From Negaprion brevirostris (lineage: Eukaryota), in the NCBI GenBank assembly GCA_030324005.1, contig JARDVH010000099.1, positions 63,157,418 through 63,220,199 of the forward strand: DNA of 62,782 nucleotides. Reading direction: 5' to 3'. A program made the position numbers and the translations under genes. The notes beneath the pieces are model-generated. The model searched no databases, was not told the origin of the DNA, and saw only the letters and a list, made by a program, of their open reading frames with translations. Shown here piece by piece: positions 1 through 13,814 of this stretch. The number at the start of each line of letters is the position of its first letter. Positions within the stretch are counted from its first letter, which is position 1.

Positions 1-1180
1 CATTGCCTGTCCACTGCCCTTTCAGTAATGTTTCCCAATCGATCATAGCCAACTCATGCCTCATACCATCATAGTTACCTTTATTGAAATTCAGGACCTG
101 GTCTCAGAATCAACTACTTCACTATCCACATAATAAAAGCAGAATGCTGTGGCTACTGGATTCTGAAACAAAAACAGAAAATGTTGGAAAATCTCAGCAG
201 ATCTGACAGCATCAATGGAGAGAGAGAGTAGTGCCAAAGTTTCAAGTATAGATGGCCCTTCATCAGAGCTCTGATGAAGGCTCATCTAGACTTAAAATGT
301 TGGGTCTATTCTCTCTCAACAGATGCTGTCAGACCTGCTGAGATTTTCTAGTATTTTCTGTTTTTGTTCACCTTGATAAATAATTCTATCATGTTATGGT
401 CACTCATCTCTAAGGGTTCTCTCACAACTAGATTATCAACTAATATTTTCTCATTGGACAATACCCAGTCCAAGATGGCTCGATGTCTTGTTGGTTCCCT
501 GTCTAATGCTACTCCAACATTACCACTACAGTTGGCGGTCTATATACCACTCCCACAAATGTGTTTTGTCCCTTGGTGTTTCTTAATTTGACCTATACAG
601 CTCTCAAATCATCTGTGCTAACATCTTTCTTCAATACTGTACCAATATCTTCTTTAATCAACAATGCAACTCCATCATTTTTTTCTATCTGACCTTCCTA
701 AACACTGAACAGTTCTCAATGTTCCTTAGTTTCCATCCTTAGTCACCTTGGAGCCATGTCTCAATAATCCCAAATATATCATACCTCTTTACATCTATCT
801 GCCCAACTAATTAATCCACTTTATTTCAGATGCTTCAAGCATTCAGATACAAACCTTCAGGTTAGTCCTTTAAACGTTCATGTCCTGTTCCTACTTTTTT
901 CTTTACTGTGTCCTTACCTGATCCTGATCTTTGATTTCTCTACCTATCACTTTTCTTATTTTCCATGCTGTCTTTTCCCTTGTCCTTGATTCCCCCTGCT
1001 CTGAATCCTTACAATGGTTCCAATCCCCCTGTCATATGTTTAAACCCTCCCCCCCCAACTGCCCCAAGAACATACATCCAAGGTATAAACTATCTAATTT
1101 GTACAAGACCCAGAAGTGGTCCCGATATCCCAGGGATCTAAAGCCCTCCCCCTCACACCATCTTTTCAGCCATTTTACAT
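1..1180 (-). mobile_element. Decayed CR1 LINE (endonuclease region and upstream), split by a Penelope-derived insert at ~139-370
   Basis: Minus strand encodes ILDWVLSN...SDHNMIE, typical of the CR1 APE endonuclease C-terminus; host sequence rejoins across the insert. Confidence 0.75.
139..370. mobile_element. Penelope-derived fold-back (inverted pLTR) element
   Basis: Imperfect palindrome 164-370 (aacaaaaacagaaaatg...tattttctgtttttgtt) centred on cttcatcagagctctgatgaag; CTGATGA core on both strands. Confidence 0.75.
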
Positions 1181-1529
1181 GATAGAAAAATATACTGGCT
1201 GGAATTCTTCAATGATAGACACGCCCACCACCAGTGAGCACAGAGAATTTGACGCTCAGCCAAATCTCCATTCACTGCAGAGAGATTGGAGAATCTCCAC
1301 TGCAGGTGAAGTCAGAGAATATCAGCTATTATGTATGAAATGCCACAGTTAAAGTCGCACAAGTGTGTGTGATAGCTCTTTATTTTTTACATTTGTGCAA
1401 ATTTTTCAATGCATGGCATTCTTCCATCTGTGAGAGATTTTGAGAATGCAGCCATAGATTGGCGAGGTCAGATAAGGTCATCTGCTGCATTTCTTTCGAT
1501 AGTCAAATTAGAGAGACATAGTCTGCCAC

Positions 1530-2955
1530 AAGTGGTGCATATGAAGTTGCTCCTTGCCAGTGATGCGGGATGATCTATATTGACACCTTATTTGCAAGGC
1601 TGACTCTGTTTTGGAGCTCTGAAACCACATGCTGCCTTAGTGATAACCTTCTGGCGAACAGCTGGCATTGCCATTTGCATCAGTCATCAGCTAGAGTTTC
1701 CCACTTGTCGTGACTGATGTAGAGGGCTTTCACGTCTTTATTGACAGTATCCTTGAATCAGAGTTTTGGACTTGCTGTTTTCTTGGCACAGGCTACCTCC
1801 CTGCATCTCCCTTGGTGATGCAGCCAAATTCTATCCTGTGCACATGACCAAGGTAGCAAAGCCTTCTTTCTTTGGCTCATGCTAGCACACTTGGCATGTT
1901 TGCCCTAAAAAGGACTGCTCCATTGGTGATTTTATCTTTCTATGTGATGCCAAGGGTGCAACATAAACATTAAAGATGGAGGTCATTGTGCCTTTTCTCT
2001 TGGTGGGTATAGGTTATCCAGGCTTCACTGTCATTTAGCAATGTGCTGAGTATTCAGACATCTTGGTCCTATGGGTAGGTTTGTTGTTTTCTCTTGCCAG
2101 TTTTGTTAGTCAGCCAAAGTTAATGGCAGCTTTTCCAATGTGTGTGCTGAGCACTTGGTCAAGAGATAGTTGCCACCTGTCTCTACGATAGCAAAAATTG
2201 CTGACTCCTTCACGTGGTGCAAGTCTGATGGTAGGCCTGTCTCATTAGTACAGTTTTCTTGACATCTATGCAAGGGAGAATATGATAGGCAGTACAATGA
2301 TCCCAGACTGCTTTGAGGTGGTCTTCTATCTGGGCAACTAGAGCGGCATCATCGGCATACAGAAGCTCTCTAATCAGGACATGTCTCACTTTCTCACTTT
2401 TGCATTGGCTTTCAGTCTAAATAGGTTGAGGAGTTTCCCAGCTGATCATGTGTGGAGATACGCTACATCCATGTTGGCAGGGAAAGCATAGGTCAGTAGG
2501 ATAGAGAGAAAGATACCAAAATGAATACAGGCTAAGGTACAGCCTTGTTTCACCCCCATTCTTAATCTCAAAACTGTCAGCAATGGAGCCACTGAACTGA
2601 ACTGTGCCGAGCATGCTATCATGTAAAGACATGAGACTTTGAGGCTTTGGAGGACAGCTAATTTTCTTTTGGATCCAGTAGAGACATCTCGTGCTCATGG
2701 TATCAAAGATGTTTGCTGCTCCCTGCTTCTCTTGAAGAGGATTGAGGGAGAAGATCATGTCTGCCAAGGATCTGATGTCTGTTCTGAATATAGTGCCTCT
2801 GGATATATTCTGTTAGCTAATCAGTGGCACCGTCTGGGAGTGTAACTGGCAAAGGCCTTCCTAGTGATGCTGAAGAGTATATCCTAGTAGATGTTGCAAT
2901 CATTTCCATTGACTTTCTTCTTGTATAGCGTAATGATATCTATAAAGTTTCAACA
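1530..2955 (-). mobile_element. Decayed RTE-clade LINE (RT domain to 3' end)
   Basis: Minus strand ELLYADDAALVA (~2335-2370) and SLHDSMLGTVQF...FEIKNG; many stops and frameshifts. Confidence 0.85.
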
Positions 2956-3110
2956 TGTTGGTTCAAGCATCAACCCAGGACTTGAGCACATAATTTAGAT
3001 AGATATCTCAGTGCAAGTCTGAGGGACTGCTGTGTTGCTGAAGTTATACGTTTCAGAAAATCTGCTAAGACCCTAGCTGTCTGTTCAGATTCAATCTTCT
3101 GATTTCACAG
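2950..3110 (+). mobile_element. Deu-domain SINE (SacSINE-like) 5' fragment
   Basis: ggttcaagc...ggacttgagcacataat...cagtgcaagtctgagggactgctg resembles the tRNA-derived head of this family. Confidence 0.45.
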
Positions 3111-3969
3111 TGGGGGACATTGCAGAAGAACCCAATGACATCTTCACCCAATACATACACGCTGCATGTGCATCCACATATATACCATGCACACACGTTC
3201 CAGCAGAAATCTTGATCTTATTCCCCTTCCATCATCCACAGAAATTGGGCCAACCACAGTTTGTGCCCAACAGCTTTCATAGCTGAGATCAACCAACCCA
3301 GACTGTAGTAATGAAACCTGGAAACTTCTGTATTGCTTAGTATTACAAGACACCACAAAAAAGCGCATAACTTGTACTTACATCACTGATTTATTTCTTC
3401 TTACATAATCCCTAGCATATACTGAAACCTCATTTTGATTCTAAGACTAATTTTATTGCCACAAATATGGTATACTTAACTTTCAATAATGATATTTCCT
3501 GGTATGTTTAATGTGAAGATATCAAAAATGACTTCTACTCATCTGAAACAGGCATATATCTCATTTCATTGGAGTTTGGGTTGCATACTAATCAGTGCTT
3601 CATTAACCCTGGCCTAGATTTGATTCAGGAATAACGTTTTTGTTACACAGTAGTGAAACATAACTATGTACAGGACATGAGGTACAGGATACAACAGCAC
3701 AACTATATTGGTTAGATCCTTCGTAAATATTTCAATGCATAATCAGTTCTAGTATATTGCACTGTATCAGCATCAGAGAGAATTAACTGAGNNNNNNNNN
3801 NNNNNNNNNNNNNNNNNNNNNNNNNNNNNNNNNNNNNNNNNNNNNNNNNNNNNNNNNNNNNNNNNNNNNNNNNNNNNNNNNNNNNNNNNNNNNNNNNNNN
3901 NNNNNNNNNNNNNNNNNNNNNNNNNNNNNNNNNNNNNNNNNNNNNNNNNNNNNNNNNNNNNNNNNNNNN

Positions 3970-4281
3970 GTGCAGCCTTTTGCGGCAACAGCCTCTCTCT
4001 CTCTTTCTCTCTCTCACTTTCCCAATGCTGAATATTGATTCGTATTATAAATGTTGTCAAACATGGTACACAGTTCAGCAGATCCAGAGTGGCAGGTCGT
4101 CAGCAGCAGCATTAGCAGATGTCAGGTCAGGAATCAAAGGGCCTGCTGGACGCTTTGGGGATGAGATTCATCGATTCTATAAAACCATGAAACAGATCAA
4201 GCACTTGAAATGATGGAAGCGGTCATGGCAGAATGAGGATGAACCTTCCTACATGATCGTCCCAGGAGAAAAGCTTCATGT
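3970..4281 (+). other. Candidate first exon ending ATG-T|GTAAGT
   Basis: Non-repeat stretch after a (CT)n run; consensus GTAAGT donor at 4282; ATG at 4278-4280 leaves phase 1. No transcript evidence. Confidence 0.3.
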
Positions 4282-4484
4282 GTAAGTCTTGGTGTATATC
4301 TTTTTATTTGTTATTTTCATTGCTATTTCAAACCTTCCTCCTCTTCCCCAGCCCCACACAATCTCAATGTTTCTTGCTCTCAAAGGCCTCCAGTAACATA
4401 TACAGCGTCCTTCGCTGAGACAGAATGCCACTAGCTGGATTCCCCCTCGATTCCAAAGTCAAATTCAGCATCATCATCTTTTTT

Positions 4485-5244
4485 TAAACATAGGAACATA
4501 GAAAATAGAAACAGGACTCGGCCATATGGCCATTCAAGCCTGCTCCGCCATTCATTATGATCATGACTGATCGTCAAATTCAATATCCTGATTCCCTCCT
4601 TTCTCCCATATCCCTTGATTATTTTAGCCTCTAAAGCTATTTCTAATTTCTTATTGAAGTCAGACAAAGTTTTGGCCTCAACTACATTCTATAGTCGTGA
4701 ATTACACACATTCGCCACCCTCTGAGTGAAGATATTTCTCCTCACCTCAGTTCTAAAAGATTCACCTCTTATCCTCAAACTATGACCCCTGGATCTGGAC
4801 TCTCCCATCATTAGGAACATTCTTCCTGAATGTATCCTGTCTAATCCTGTTAGAATTTTTTAAGTTTCTATGAGATTCCCTCTCATTCTTCTAAATTCCA
4901 GTGAATATAATCCTAACCAATTTAGTCTCTCCTCATAAGACAGTCCTGCCATCCCAGGTAAAACTTCGCTACATTCACTCTATAGTAAGAACATCCTTCC
5001 TCAGATAAGGACAGCGAAACTGCACACAACACCCCAGGTAAGGTCTCACCAACGCCCTATGCACTTGCAGCAAAACATCCCTATCCCTAAACTCAAATCT
5101 TCTCACTATGAAGGCTGACATACCATTTGCCTTCTTTTTACCACCTACCATATGTGCACACTTACCTTCAGTGACTGATGCACAATGGCACCAAGGCCTT
5201 GCTGAGCATCCAACGGTCTCAATTTGCACCCATTCAAGTAATAA
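4485..5244 (-). mobile_element. CR1 LINE 3' part
   Basis: ALVRPYLGCCVQFRCPYLRKD (CR1 LVRPHLEYCVQFWSP motif) and TTTCTATG-like tail. Confidence 0.9.
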
Positions 5245-5582
5245 NNNNNNNNNNNNNNNNNNNNNNNNNNNNNNNNNNNNNNNNNNNNNNNNNNNNNNNN
5301 NNNNNNNNNNNNNNNNNNNNNNNNNNNNNNNNNNNNNNNNNNNNATATTGGACTAGTGTAGGTTAGATGGGCTTTAGAGTGGTTTTCACAGGTCAGTGCA
5401 ACATTGAGGGCCAAAGGGCCTGTACTGTGCTGTAATGTTCTATGTTCGAAGGCACCTTGATGAATTGTGGGAGTGCATCTTGTAGATGGTACACACCGCT
5501 ATCACTGTATGTCAACGGTGGAGGGAGTGAAAATTTAAAAGGGGGATGGGGTGTTAATCGTGTGGGCTGCTTTGCCCTCGAT

Positions 5583-6500
5583 GCATAGAAACACAGAAAA
5601 GCAGGAGTAAATCATTTGGCTCTTTCAGCCCACCCCACCATTCATTTTGATCATGGCTGATCATCAAATTCAATAACCTGATCCCCTCTTCCCCATATTC
5701 CTTGATCTTTTTAGCCCCAAGAGCTTTATCTAATTTCTTTTTGAAATCAGACTATGTTTTGGCCTCATCTATTTCTGTGGGAGTGAATTCCACACATTCA
5801 CCACTCTCACCTCAGTTCTAAAAGGTTTACTTCTTATCTTCAAATTATGACTCACCATTGGGAGCAACAGAACTTTCTGAATCTACTCTGTTTAACCCTA
5901 TTAGAGTTTTTTAAGTTTCTATGAGATCCCCTCTCACTTTTCTAAATTCCAGTGAACATAATCCCAACCGACTTTGTCTTTCCTCATATGACAGATCTGT
6001 CATCCCAGAAATCAACCTGGTAAACCTTTGCTGTAATTCCTCTGTAGCAAGGACATCCTTCCTCAGATAAGGACGTCAAAAGTGCACACAGTACTCTAGA
6101 TATGGCTTCACCAATGCCCTATTGCAGCAAAACATCCCTATCCCTATACTCAAATCCTCTCATTATAAAGGCCACATACCACTTGCCTTCTTTATTGCCT
6201 GCTGTACCTGCACACTTACTTTCAGTTACTGATGCACGAGGACTCCAAGGTCTCATTGTGTATCCACCTCTCAATTTGCACCCATTCAAGTAATAATCTG
6301 TCTTCCTATTATTGCTACCAAAGTGGATAACCACACATTCATCCACATTATACTGCATCTGCTATGCAATGCCCACACACTCGGCCTGTCCAAATCACGC
6401 TAAAGTATCTCTGCGTCCTCCTCACAGCTCATTTTCCCATGCAACTTTGTGTCACCTGCAAATCTGTAGATAATACATTCAGTTCCCTCTTCCAAATAAT
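5583..6500 (-). mobile_element. CR1 LINE 3' part, same subfamily as 4485-5244
   Basis: MQYNVDECVVIHFGSNN...YYLNG motif; sequence parallels the preceding copy. Confidence 0.9.
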
Positions 6501-6785
6501 TTTCCATAATTACACGGAGAATGAGTGTATGGCAAGGGCAGTATTTTTGTCAATTCCCATTGCCCTTGAACTGTTCAGCTACTTCAGGGGAAGCTAACAG
6601 TCAACATATTTGCTGTGGATCTGAAGTCATGTGTAGGCCAGACCGGGTATGGACAGCAGATCCCATTCCCTCAACGGACATTAGTGAACCAGTTGGGATT
6701 TTAACCACAATCAACAATAGTTTCACGGTCACCGTTACTGAGATTAACTTTCAATCTCAGTTATTTATTAATTGAATTTAAAGCC
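6500..6785 (-). mobile_element. tRNA-derived SINE with CR1-type tail, partial
   Basis: Reverse complement of the body of the full copy at 46130-46537. Confidence 0.7.
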
Positions 6786-7825
6786 CTCTTAGAATGTAAC
6801 CAATGATAACATCAAGTCTGTTGTAGTATGACCAAAGGTAACAAGCTGTAAGGATCAGCTGACCCAGTAAACGATGTAACCAATGACAAAATTGGTCAAC
6901 TGATCAGTTGACTCAGGATAAATAAGAATCAGTAGGAAATTGTGGGGATTTTGGAATGGTCCAGGGTGAGGTCTCAAATGTTGGAATAATGAAATTTCTC
7001 TTTTAAACCTTTTTCTTTGATTTATAAGTTGGAGTAAGTTTTGTTTTATTGTGTACAACTGAAGAGCTCTTTCTGGAGGATCAACAAGCCCAGGAGATAA
7101 TGTGGTGGGATATAAATCTACGTCCCCAGAAGATTGGCCTGGATAGCTGAATTACTAGTCTAGTGACATTACTACTATGTCACCATCTCCCCATTACCTC
7201 AGAATAGTCCACATCAGGAATGTTTTAGAGGGGCAAAAAAAGGTAACAGCACTTATATATTCACTCCCCTATGTTGTTTTGAAAAGCAGATCACCCAACT
7301 GTCTGTTTCAGAATGAACAAAACTCGCATAAGCTGAGTGAAGTGTCGGTCCTTTCAATCGTAAATTTTTTTAAGAAAGAATGAAATAAACCAAAAGAAAT
7401 GACAAGCAATTAGTAAATGTGTTACTGAGGATTGTTTCAAAGACCAAAATCCTGAAACACGTGAACTTCAAGATCATTCTAGGATATCAATATCTGTGGT
7501 TAACTAGGCTCCTGATTTATCATCAATAATAAAAAAAGTCTCAAAAATTCCTTCTTCGCATAATAAAGCAACCCACTCCCCCAACTTATGTAATTCATGC
7601 TCTTAACACGCAAGATAAAATTTGCATCAACACTGGTACTGATGTGATTCACAGCATGGCATTCCAAATTTATCACACTCCCAACTTCATTGCTCATGTT
7701 TCACCACATAACGGATAAAATTGGGCCCCACATCCCAACTAACAAATTTTATTGATAATATCATTCACTATTTATGCCAGTTGCATGCTCCAACTCTGAG
7801 ACAATGAAGAACTTTCATTTAACTT

Positions 7826-7980
7826 TTTCATTTGATTTATTGTCACATGTATTAGCATATAGTGAAAAGAATTGTTTCTTGGCACTATATTACAAAACAT
7901 ACATTCGTAGATAAGGAAATGAGAGAGTGAAGAATGTAGTGTTACAGTCCTAGCTAGGGTGTAGAGAAAGATCAACTTAA
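7826..7980 (-). mobile_element. Rex1/Babar LINE 3' end fragment
   Basis: tttgatttattgtcacatgtattag...gggtgtagagaaagatcaac matches the 3' ends at 29124 and 45037. Confidence 0.75.
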
Positions 7981-9324
7981 TTAATTAAAGCATTATTAGA
8001 GAGGTTAAAAGAGTTAGAATGAAGTTTTGGAAGCACAGAGCAAGAGTAAAAGATAGAATTAAAAAGTATGTCGGGCGCAGCTTGCAAGAAGTCGCCCCAC
8101 TACTGACACTGCTAATACTAATATTCAGAAACAGGCTGAAATCATGCAGTAAATGTTCTAAAATTAATCAGGTCAGATTTTTTCATGAACTCTTCAGGCG
8201 ATTTATTTTTCTGCTGAAGAGCTAGAACAGCAGTTATCATGTATATGATACTGAATCCAATTCTCCTTTTAAATTAGCCAAAACAGAGAAATGATTGTCC
8301 ATGCAAAAGCTTACGTATGATCAATCACTGACCTCCATAGTTCCCAATGTCCATAACAAGTCCAATAAAAGGCTGTGATTGGGAAAACCCCATAACTGAC
8401 CTGCGGGTGTCTAATGATCAGTGAGAACAGAATGGCAATGATGCAGTGATTTGCCTCTGTAAATAACCCCAATGAGACAATGAAGAACTTTCATTTAACT
8501 TTTTCATTTGATTTATTGTCACATGTATTAGCATATAGTGAAAAGAATTNNNNNNNNNNNNNNNNNNNNNNNNNNNNNNNNNNNNNNNNNNNNNNNNNNN
8601 NNNNNNNNNNNNNNNNNNNNNNNNNNNNNNNNNNNNNNNNNNNNNNNNNTATTTCATAAAGTTGCTGCAGTGTGTTGTTGGCAGATCTATAGAGTGTACA
8701 TTTACACTATCATTTTACCTGGAATAATGCGAATGCGCAAATCATTTGACTTTGTATGTTGTGTAGGAAGACCATGGCAACTTGAAATGTCTCAAATATG
8801 ACAAAATCAATTTAATGCTAATTCCCTAAGTAAGGTCAAGTTAATTATGTACTAATCAAAAAACGATGGACAAATGCCTTGGTGTGATTATTTAACTTTT
8901 GAACAGCCTCATCTTTGTTCTGAAAAGAACAAACTTCTTCTGAAAAGAAAAATTAAATAGTTGAACAGTTTTGCAGCTTAGAATCAACCTTTCTTCCACA
9001 CCATCCATCTCAGAAAATGTTTGAATATTTCTGTCTCACCAGCACTGATGATATCAGTGGTACTACCTTGGGGAAGTTATTGATGGCACCATGGAATTGA
9101 ATTAACATTGAGAGACACAGCCATAAAGCTCAGTGATTCAATGCCAGTTGGTCTGCTATTCAGCTCACTCACACCCTCAGTTTCAGTAACTGCTCCAACC
9201 CAGTATTCACCAATAATTTAATCAGTACTCGCTGTTGAACAAGTAAATGCATAGGTGCAAGTTGAATCTAACTGTAACATCCTCACTTCTCTAGAGGGGA
9301 ATACAATTAGAGTTAAATAAAGTT

Positions 9325-9560
9325 TCTCTTTTATTCTTTCATGGGATCTGGGTGTCACTGGCTAGGTAAGCATTTTTGCCCAACCTTAATTGCCCTTGAA
9401 CTAAGTGGCTTGCTTGGCCATTACTAATTTATAAAATTAATTAATTGGACTTAAATTCCATCATTTTCTGTGGTGGGATTTGGACCCATGTCCTCAGGCC
9501 ATTAACCTGGGCCTCTGTTTTACTAATCCAGTAACATTGTCACTATGCCAAGGTCTCCCC
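9325..9560 (-). mobile_element. tRNA-derived SINE with CR1-type tail, internally deleted
   Basis: Head and tail match 46130-46537 in reverse. Confidence 0.7.
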
Positions 9561-12500
9561 AAGCTGGCCCACCACCAGCTCGCCTCCAAGTTCGTAATTC
9601 CTTTCCAGTGACTCCAGTTAGAGTATCAAGTAGTCGAAATAACCATTCGACATTTACTATTGTTCACACTTGAAGAGAAGATACTGAGAAATTATAATCC
9701 AATACAACCAACAGAAACCAACAGAATAGAAGTTCATTACAATTTTTAGTTAATCAATTTAAAAATATTTCAGAGAGTAATAAATGCTGACATCATCATC
9801 AGGAAAATGGCTTCCAGGGATTAGTGACAATGTGAAGGAGCTGGATTAACATATACAATTGAAATGACACAATTGCTGATGTTAACTCTGTTTTCCTATA
9901 ATGTCAGCTCAGTAACTCATCCAGCCCAGTTCCCCAAGGGTATTTTTTTTTGAAAAGACAAGGCAAATATACAGGAAAAAAACAATAAGGGTTATTAAAG
10001 TACATTGTTACTGTCAGTAAAGACAAAGTGGTCTAAGGAGTTGGATTAGGAACCTGTTTCTTCAGAGATGTGAGCTGAAACCCAACACTTCCAGTTGATT
10101 TAGTGGTTCAAAGCATGACTCTCAGAAGAGAAATTTAAGAGTTGCAATTCTAGTTCTCCAAGTTTTTGTTTATTCAAATGCTCATTTGTCTTTCAGTTAA
10201 TAGAGAAACTATGACTCACTGTGAGCTTACGCAATAGTTCAGATGGACACTTGAGTGAGCTGTCAGTGAATGACTGCTGCCATGGGCCATGGTCAACATG
10301 TGTCACTGCTTTCAGAAGAAAGGAAAACAATTAGGGAAAAAATGTTTGGGGAGGGGGAAACAAGTTGGTCAAACATTGACAAAATATTACAAAAAGAAAA
10401 TCCCCAATGGCGTGGAATATAAATAAATATACAATAAGCTTGGAACATTATGTTCGTGAATTATTTGATTGCGGGGGGTAATGTATTGTTCAAGATTTTA
10501 ACTATGTTAAACTGCTATCTGCTTGATCCCGTGGTTTAGGGAGAATTGAAGGAACCCAAGGCATTATTGAAAAAGCAGGAAAGTCATTCCAGATTCCTGT
10601 AGAACATTCTTTTCTAAAGTAACATCGATAAAGAAAACCAATTGGTCATTCATTTCACTAATGTTTGTGGAAACCTGCTGTGCATAATATGGTTGCCATG
10701 CTTTTTCCTTGGAAATGTAACATCACTGGCAAGGCCAGCATTTATTGCTCATCCCTAATCACCCCCAAGGTGATGATATCAGTCCTTGTACTTACATGAA
10801 ATATCTTGAGACATTTCTGAACCATGTCACAAGCATTTTTTTAAACTTTGCTACAGTGTCAATTAACCAGTACCATTATTCATATTGCCATTTTATGCAC
10901 AACATACTCAAGAGGTTCAAACAATATAACAGTACTTATTACGTATGCGTGATTCATGCCCCTCTCCTGCCACATACAAAGTGGCACCAATTTACCAGTT
11001 TCCAGTGAAAGGGGGGTGGTATCAAACTTCAATCAGGAATTACATTAATTACCTTTCAATGGTATGTTTTGGAGTCTGCATAAATCTCTCTAGTTTCAGA
11101 GGGGTGAAAAATTGAAATGAACTGCAGAGGAGGAGTAATAGTACATGGAGATAGCATCTATTCACAATGGAGTTATTTTATTTAAATGACAGCATTCTTG
11201 CCACCGAATTAGAACTCGAGCACATAATCCAGGCTAACACGGAGATGTAGGTGGGAGTTATGCACAGCTGGAGATGCCTACTTTTGGAAGTTAAATCAAT
11301 GAAAATTAATCCCATGGTACCAGAGAATTCTCCTGTTATTCCAACCAACATTTCTCCCATAACCAGTTTAAGAGAGTAAGTAATCAGGTCAATTAACTCA
11401 CTTGACATTTGTGCGACCTTGCTGCAAAGGATGCAAAAACCTTACAAATGTAAGTTCTTCCTATGCACAGACAATAAGATACTTTTTTTTAAAAAGCAAA
11501 TTGCTTATAATCGCAGCATGAAAGCAACATTTTAGAGGATAAAAGCGAGTTTGGCACTAAATACCAACTCTAGCAGAGGTACAGTTTGTTCTCATTTTCT
11601 GTACTGATTCACCTTCTATAGTGACTTGCACTTTTACTCATCTAAAAGTTTTAGATGGAACAATATGTCCAGTACTGCACTGAGGACCTTGGGAAGAGCA
11701 ATTATTCACAAGTGTGATGCATTCTTATCTAATCCCTTAAGGCGCGTATTAGCGGTTTATGATTGCTACACTTTCCTTACACAAAGACCTCCAGTGAGCT
11801 ACAAGTTGAAGGACCAGCCACAGAACTACTTACTTCACACGGTAGAACTTATGAAGAAAGGAATGGCACAAAATCAGTGGAGCAGCAATCAGTGGCAACT
11901 TACCACATCAACCCCTTAACTAAAGAGGAATGAAGGATGTATCATTAGAACCAAAAATTTCTCTCTCTGGAATAATGCACTCAAGTATCCAAAAACACAG
12001 CTAGAATTCCATCAATCGGGGAAAGAAGCAGGTTTTAATTTCTATGCAAGGTTTTTGTTGCACAGACATTACTGTATTGCAAGCAACAACAGTCCCAAGT
12101 TTGGCAATAATGCAAGTGCCCATAGGGGAGATAGAGAATCAACTATCAAGACTCTTCCAGGAGCAAAAGTGCTGTTGACAGAAAATGATAATCTGTATAT
12201 TTTCCCACTGCAGTTTGAGTGCACATCTCCCTTGTACATACAAGTAAAGCAACTTTGCATTGGTGGCATGCAAGGACCTTGCCCTCAACCCTCCCTCACC
12301 CTTAATCAAGCAAGGTGTGTAACTGGGAGTCATGACTTTTGGCAATTTCATTAAGATAGTTAGTTGTACATGCATAGCCACTTACACTGTTGTGTCCCCA
12401 GGGCTCCAAGATACTAGCAGTCCTGGATTACTATAGATCAACTTTAAGTAGAAATAATTCATAGAAATTACAAATCAAAGTTTATGCTTCACATAAGCCT

Positions 12501-12752
12501 GCTACCAACCTAAGGTCATCCATCCATTTCAGCATGTCCTTCTATTGTTTTCGCCCTCATGTAACATATCTAGTTTCCCCTTAAACATATCTATGCTATT
12601 CACCTCAACCACTCCGTATATAGCGAATTCTATTTTCTAACCACCCCCGGCTAAAAATGTTTCTCTTGAACTCTTTAATGGACTTATTTTGACTCTTATA
12701 TTTAGTTTCTACCTATCCCGCAACTGGAAACATCCTCTTCATCTCTATCTAT

Positions 12753-13612
12753 TGTTATGACCAGGTTAGGAAGTGTGAGCTGACTCCTCTCTTTGCCCCA
12801 CTCCGGGATTGGTTATGGCAGAGTTTGAATTTTAAAAGGGTACTATTGGCAATTCAATAAAGAAATACTTAACTGTGTGCAGCTGGGTGTAAGAAATAAG
12901 CCAGCCAGATTCTTTAAGTTAACAGGAGTTAGTTTTATTGCTGAAACTGACTCTAAAGATGCAGAAATTAACAAAAGGCTTCTAAATGCATGAAGGTATC
13001 CAACTTCCAGCCAATACAAAAACACACAACTCCCCAAGCATCCACAAAAAAAGATCGAATTTTACCAAGTATCAGAACTTTAAAAATTGTTCGATGGCTG
13101 TTCACAGTTAAAGAGCCACTTTCCACCATAGCTGCTGGTATTGGGATTTCTCATTGGAGCAGCCAGTTGTGGCCAGTTGATTCTCTTATCTCTTAGGGAT
13201 AGTTATGTTAATTTGGAATCCTCCTATGAGGACTCTCAGTTTGCAGCAATGAGGTCTTCTGGTGGGTTTTCAAGTCACAAACAGCTCAGCTTTGGTGAAA
13301 GGAATTTCAGAAGAAAGATAGATAGGTGAGGCTCTTCTTGCCCTTTCTTATCTCCGAGGCAGTCTCTCTTCCTGTTAGTTCAAATCCAGTGTCTCTTTTA
13401 CACCCGAGAACTGGGTGATGTGATCTCTATCTGGTTTCAATCTGAGTTCGTCTTAGCCATTGGCAGAGATCTCAGAACAAATTCATCGTCATAAAACAGC
13501 TCTTATCCTTCACAAAGGCAAAATAGAAATTACTACAGGTCAGTGTCCTTTGTGCAACAAAAGTATGTATATGTTCTCCTGATGACATTATCAATTACTA
13601 TTCTGTATAACA
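12753..13612 (-). mobile_element. Solo LTR (860 bp) inserted into a CR1 fragment
   Basis: Termini TGTTAT...ATAACA; AATAAA on the minus strand at ~12934; CR1-like host (from ~12490) resumes as aatcccttcagaattt. No clean TSD. Confidence 0.65.
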
Positions 13613-13814
13613 AAAATCCCTTCAGAATTTCAGTTTTCTCTTTTCTAGGGATACAAATTCTGCAATATAAAAGAGGGGCTGTTTGCAAAAGACACTTAAA
13701 ATGTTAAACTGCTTCTTTTAACACACACAATAGTCTTTGTATTCGATGATATATAAAATTTAACTTTTTAGTAGGGGTTAGTTCATTAACGAAACTACAA
13801 TGGCACAGCCTTAC

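Noticed and set aside
3144-3368. 74-aa minus ORF with a ttccag acceptor
   Set aside because: Poor pyrimidine tract and no family resemblance.
3980-4281. 77-aa ORF whose frame stays open after TGA up to the donor (possible selenocysteine or readthrough)
   Set aside because: No recognisable selenoprotein motif or SECIS; a short open stretch after a stop is expected by chance.
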